Source of the DNA: Octopus bimaculoides
Taxonomy: Eukaryota
Direction of reading: 5' to 3'
Length of the DNA: 56,565 bases
Assembly: GCF_001194135.2 (NCBI RefSeq)
Contig: NC_068995.1
Location: 43,804,547 to 43,861,111 of the forward strand
The position numbers were made by a program, and so were the translations under genes. Positions 51,918 through 56,565 of the stretch are shown here, one piece after another (within the stretch, counting starts at the first letter, position 1; every line of letters starts with the position of its first letter). Under the pieces are notes generated by a model. It saw nothing but the letters and a program-made list of their open reading frames with translations, ran no database searches and was not told where the DNA came from.

Positions 51918-52423
51918 GGCAGGAGTGGCTGTGGGGTAAATAGCTCGCTTACCAACTACATGGTTCCGGGTCATTCCCACTGCGTGGCACCTTGGGTAAG
52001 TGTCTTCTACTATAGCCTCGGCCGACCAAAGCCTTGTGAGTGGATTTGGTAGACGGAAACTGAAAGAAGCCCGTCGTATATATGTATATATATAAATATA
52101 TGTATGTGTCTGTATATGTTTGTGTGCCTGTGTTTGTCCCTCCAACATCGCTTGACAACCGATGCTGGTGTGTTTACGCCCCCGTAACTTAGCGGTTCGG
52201 CAAAAGAGACCGATAGAATAGGTACTAGGCTTTCAAAGAATAAGTCCTGGGGGTCGATTTGCTCGNNNNNNNNNNTAACTTAGCGGTTCGGCAAAAGAGA
52301 CCGATAGAATAGGTACTAGGCTTTCAAAGAATAAGTCCTGGGGGTCGATTTGCTCGACTAAAGGCGGTGCTCCAGCATGGCCACAGTCAAATGACTGAAA
52401 CAAGTAAAAGAGTAAAAAGAGTG
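51918..52423 (+). mobile_element. SINE group A, full length (81 bp artefactually duplicated across a 10-N gap)
   Basis: GGAGTGGCTGTGGGGTAA A-box region, GGGTCATTCCC B-box region, CCTTGGGTAAGTG, and the AGTAAAAGAG tail. Confidence 0.9.
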
Positions 52424-52892
52424 ACTTTTCACATTGATATCTGGTGGTTAGCCTGTATTACTTCGGTCAGTCTGATTACAGAAATACTTAAAAGATGGTA
52501 TCTTCATCATTAAGGGCAACTTCTGGTGATTTATGCTCCGATAAATTCTCTCTTTGAGAGTGGAGTTGTATGTGCAGCATACTGAGCAGTTTGTGAACTG
52601 AGCTGTCTTATGGTTTGCAAGTACTTTGTAGACACCAGCCGTCTATATCCAGAGATGATATAATCGATAATCTGTGGATGTTCTCTGTATATGCGATACA
52701 ATATGGGCCACTTTTATGCTTCAGAACATTACCGGGGTAATTCTCAGCAATAATATTCCACTCAGCTTCATTATCGTCATCATTATCAGCAGCAGCAGCA
52801 GCATCATCTTGAAGATAATTATAATTTAAATAATTAAACATCATTATTTCGTTTCTGTAATTTGTGCTAAAGTTAATTTGAAATCATTAAGT

Positions 52893-53076
52893 CACAGACG
52901 TAGCTGTGTCGTAAGAAGTTTCCTTTCCGACCACATGGTTCCGAGTTCAGTCCTGCTGCGTGAGCCCTTGAACAAATGTCTCCTCCCATAGCCTCGGGCC
53001 GACCGAAAACTTGTGAGTGGATTTGGTAGAGAGAAACTGAAAGTACCCCGTAGTATATATGCGTGCGTGCGCGCGC

Positions 53077-53128
<52 letters not shown>

Positions 53129-53415
53129 TGATTAGTAATAATAAAATGACAACAAAAGAACGAAACCTGAATCTAATGAAAACAGAGGAATATATACATA
53201 TATATATAGAGAGATTAGTATTGTATAGTATAGGATAATCAGTAAGTTGTCATAATAGAATTCAAAGTTTCAATGCTGCAGCTAAAAGCTTCGGGGTAGA
53301 TTAAGTACCAGGCTTCAAATAAATAAGTACTGCGTCGATTAAAAATTCTTTACGGCCGTGTCCGAGTATGGCCACACTCATGTGACTAAAACAAGTAAAA
53401 GATGAAAATAAAAGA
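52893..53415 (+). mobile_element. SINE group A, older copy with expanded internal microsatellite
   Basis: Head at 52893-53052 (GAGTTCAGTCC B-box) and decayed tail at 53290-53415. Confidence 0.75.
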
Positions 53416-53659
53416 TACAGACTATAATTTTGTGACTAATATGTGATTGCTACATTCTTTCGTGAACCATTATAGAATATATTACTTCCAAAGCTGAATT
53501 TACATTTCAGAAAATTGAATTAGTTACAGAAATTCAATTTGTCTGCAAATTACCTTCTCGGTATTCAATAAAGGAAGGATAAACTTGTACTTAATTAATA
53601 TATATCTAAATCAAAGTAAGTCTATTGCATTCCTCTCTGTGCATGTGTGTGTGTGTGTG

Positions 53660-53726
<67 letters not shown>

Positions 53727-53729
<3 letters not shown>

Positions 53730-54000
53730 GGCGCATGGCTTAGTGATTAGAGTGTTGCACTCACGATCGCGAGATCATAATTTCAGTTCCTAGACTGGGT
53801 GCTGCGTTGAGTACCTGAGCGAAACACTTCTTCTGACGTAGCCCTGCGATTACTTCCACACCAGACGCGTGACGCGACAACATTGATGTCATGGAGGGAG
53901 TGAGCTAATGTGCGGCACGAACGTTTGATCACTATAAAAAAATCTTTTGTGCATCAAGTTCAGCGAAAGTTGAATGCTTATACGTCGTCTTCCACGATAG
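53727..54000 (+). mobile_element. tRNA-derived SINE group C
   Basis: GAAGGCGCATGGCTTAGTGATTAG A-box; body blocks GAGTGAGCTAATGT and TTCAGC...TATACGTCGTC shared with 22300-22520. Confidence 0.75.
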
Positions 54001-54114
54001 AATCTGTCCTTTATATATACTTATATATATATATATGCATACATTTTCAAAATGTAACCACATCTGAATCGCTGGCGATTATCTTCCTCCGTCTTCCCTT
54101 CTAGTGGACTTTCT

Positions 54115-54200
54115 TCTGTTACCGAAGAAGACGGTCTGCCCGAAACATTAAACCATATTTCTTTCCTTACATGAGCGTCTGCTAATATAGACACCAAAAC
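54115..54200 (+). mobile_element. PLE-type terminal repeat fragment with hammerhead-like core
   Basis: CCGAAGAAG...GCCCGAAACATT plus the related tail TTTCTTTCCTTACATGAGCGTCTGCTAATA. Confidence 0.4.
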
Positions 54201-54299
54201 TATGTTGTTATTATTATTACTATCATTATTATTATTACTATTACTATTATTATTATCATTATTATTATTATTATGGGAAGGGCTGGTATTAACTAATTT

Positions 54300-54660
54300 A
54301 ATATTGGAACTCTCAGTAAATGAACTTTTATTTAGCAGACTGGTATTATGAGAAGATATAATTTGTGAAAGATTCTTTGTGTTGGAGAAGGCAACTCTAA
54401 CTATATGAGAATTAATAATGAAATAATATCTAGAATTTTTTGGAAAGTTCTTACTAACCGCTTCACAGAACTGCAAAGGAAGATTAGATTTAATTTGCCT
54501 TCCATACGGAATAACAAACCAAATAATTTTGCTAGCAACAGTCAAATTGTAAGTGGCACTATATCTAAAGAACGGGAGGCAACCGTTATTTAAGCCCATT
54601 CTTTCACTCTAGAGGCAATTCACCGTTCTTTAGAGATAATATTAAATATGTTTCAAAATG
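54300..54660 (-). mobile_element. Penelope-like element, post-RT linker fragment
   Basis: KIIWFVIPYGRQIKSNL...VSKNFPKNSRYYFIINSHIVRVAFSNTKNLSQIISSHNTSLL matches the PLE pattern IIWFNPPY...VKTN......KHFP......IFN...KVSYS..N...II..HN..LL. Confidence 0.75.
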
Positions 54661-55121
54661 TATTGGCTATTTACGGAGTGCTCATAGAGAGCCAATGCAA
54701 AAAAGTATACAGAAAACTGAAAATACAAATTTTAGGCATAAATGAAACCATTCAATCAAAGTAGTTGAATCGTATATATTCATACACATCAACGTAAATC
54801 ATACATGTACTGGTATGAAGATTCCCAAGGGTATAAGGAATAAAATCGAACATGCATAAAAATATATGAGATATAAAAATATATTAAAAAATACTTATAA
54901 AATTTCATATAAATAAAAATTACATATAATGCGTGGTAAATATAAGAAGTGCAAAACGAATGAGAGATTTATAAATATAGGAATAAAAACGTCAATTTTT
55001 AAATTGACAAACCGCCTAAATCGTCTAGAAATCACTTATATATATAAAATATAAGATAGAAATTACGCTAGATATTAAGGTTAAAAAACATAAATAATAT
55101 AGGATCAAAAATGTTTAGATT

Positions 55122-55125
55122 GAGA

Positions 55126-55157
<32 letters not shown>

Positions 55158-55238
55158 CAGAGAGAGAGAGAGAGACAGAGACAGAGAGAGACAGAGAGAG
55201 AGACAGAGAGAGACAGAGAGAGAGACAGAGAGAGAGAG
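55122..55238. repeat. (GA)n/(GAGACA)n compound microsatellite
   Basis: Direct inspection. Confidence 0.95.
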
Positions 55239-55244
55239 ATTATA

Positions 55245-55420
55245 CTGGTCTCAGTTATTATATTACTCCCACGCTGAAGGGCTTTTGTCGAATAAATCGA
55301 CCTTAGTACTATTATATTCTATTGATATTTATTGCCGAACCGCTAAGTTACAAAGGCATAAACAAGTCAATACTGGTTGTCCAGCCCTTGTATGGGACAA
55401 ACTGACGCAGAGACACAAGC
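55245..55420 (-). mobile_element. SINE group A, degenerate 3' half
   Basis: TTGCCGAACCGCTAAGTTAC and GTCGAATAAATCGACC blocks. Confidence 0.6.
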
Positions 55421-56565
55421 ACTCTTGACTGAAACAAATGAAAAATATGATTCTAAAATACATAAAAAGCATTGAGTTTTGTAATTTGTGTAGATATTTA
55501 AGCATGAAACTATGAATTTTATAAAGTGCGTTCTTCTACTTTATGAACAATTTCGAATAATGAAGTAGAGTTGTATCGTGTTTCTTTTTCTTTTTTGGTG
55601 TACACTGTCAAACCAATAAAGGAGATAAGACAATTTACTTCTTATTTTATGAAGAATATGTTTGAGAATTTCTTTGGAAAAAAACAGTTGTTAGATATGG
55701 TGCAGCTACAGATGAATGCTTTGATGGTGCAGTTGGTTTTTATTTTTTATATTTCTATAAATAGATATAGCCATAATCTGGATGAAAGTTTGACAAGGGC
55801 AATAGTATGAATTGATACCATTTTAGTTTAGAATTATGTGGTAATTGTGGTAGTGCGGTAAAGGCCTATGTAATTATTTCAAGAAATTTTCAGACTCGGA
55901 TTTTCAACATGCTTGATGCTTGGCGAGTTACGATAATTCACAAATCTTTTTCCAGTGTTTGATGCCGGAGGAATTTTATATATTCGACTGGTTTTTAACT
56001 AGTGTGGTATATCCATTTGTGTTTCTATACTTGCCCTATATTTTTGATTTTCATTTAAAAGAACCTTCGTATGAAGATTATCTAGATAGACTTCAGGGAA
56101 ATATTATGCTCTTGGAGTGGTTAGACAGTTTATGGACGCATCAGAGTTGCTGAAGCTTTTTAAAAATGAACAGAAGATGGAGTTATTTAAGTTTCAGATG
56201 ATTAATCGGAAGTTTACAATGCTATTTTTGATAAGTTTAATCGAACGCAATTTTAAAAATATACTTATATTGAAATGTCGGTGAGTAAGAAAATAAAAAC
56301 AAATAGAATGACTTTGTTTTGTATATTGATGGAAAAAGATAAACGTGGAATTCTAAGTGAAAATAGTGGCGTTTAAACCTTTGGAGTTAGCAGGAAAAAT
56401 AAAGAAGACAAAGTTACATAGTAAAGTAAAACTAAATTATAAAATAAAGAATTAAATATATGTATATGCAATATGAAAAAATCATCTTAAAAGCAAATTT
56501 TGTTTATGTGAATGAATACATAGTTATTACATATATATATATACAAACATATATATATATACTTA

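Noticed and set aside
51918-52000. tRNA genes
   Set aside because: A/B boxes occur only as SINE heads continuing into SINE bodies; I could not fold a complete cloverleaf.
52185-52356. Exact 81-bp tandem duplication within a SINE
   Set aside because: The two copies are identical and separated by a 10-N gap, which is typical of unmerged overlapping contig ends.

Overview
AT-rich eukaryotic draft-genome window, most likely Octopus (inferred from the tRNA-derived SINE families, very dense TA/CA/GA/GATA/ATG microsatellites, and 11 N-gaps mostly at microsatellites). There is one intact protein-coding gene, an intronless-CDS class A (rhodopsin-like) GPCR at 35391-36509 (+) of the FMRFamide-receptor-like peptide/orphan type, with a splice acceptor before the ATG and AATAAA signals after the stop. 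The rest is transposon debris: three tRNA-SINE groups (about 20 copies, including a head-to-tail trimer), two R4/Dong-like RLE LINE remnants, RTE-like and Jockey/CR1-group remnants, several Penelope-like (PLE) fragments and a few MITE-like inverted repeats. The less routine signals are: (i) a small non-coding element family carrying minimal type I hammerhead-ribozyme-like motifs, including an inverted pair whose homology ends at the predicted cleavage site; (ii) a decayed minus-strand gene with repeated CxxCxGxG motifs (SSUH2/DnaJ-cysteine-rich-like); (iii) a near-perfect 75-nt hairpin about 4.9 kb upstream of the GPCR ATG. Nearly all other ORFs in the track are microsatellite or gap artefacts. 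Family names are recalled from motif knowledge, not from database searches, and the ends of degenerate elements are approximate.
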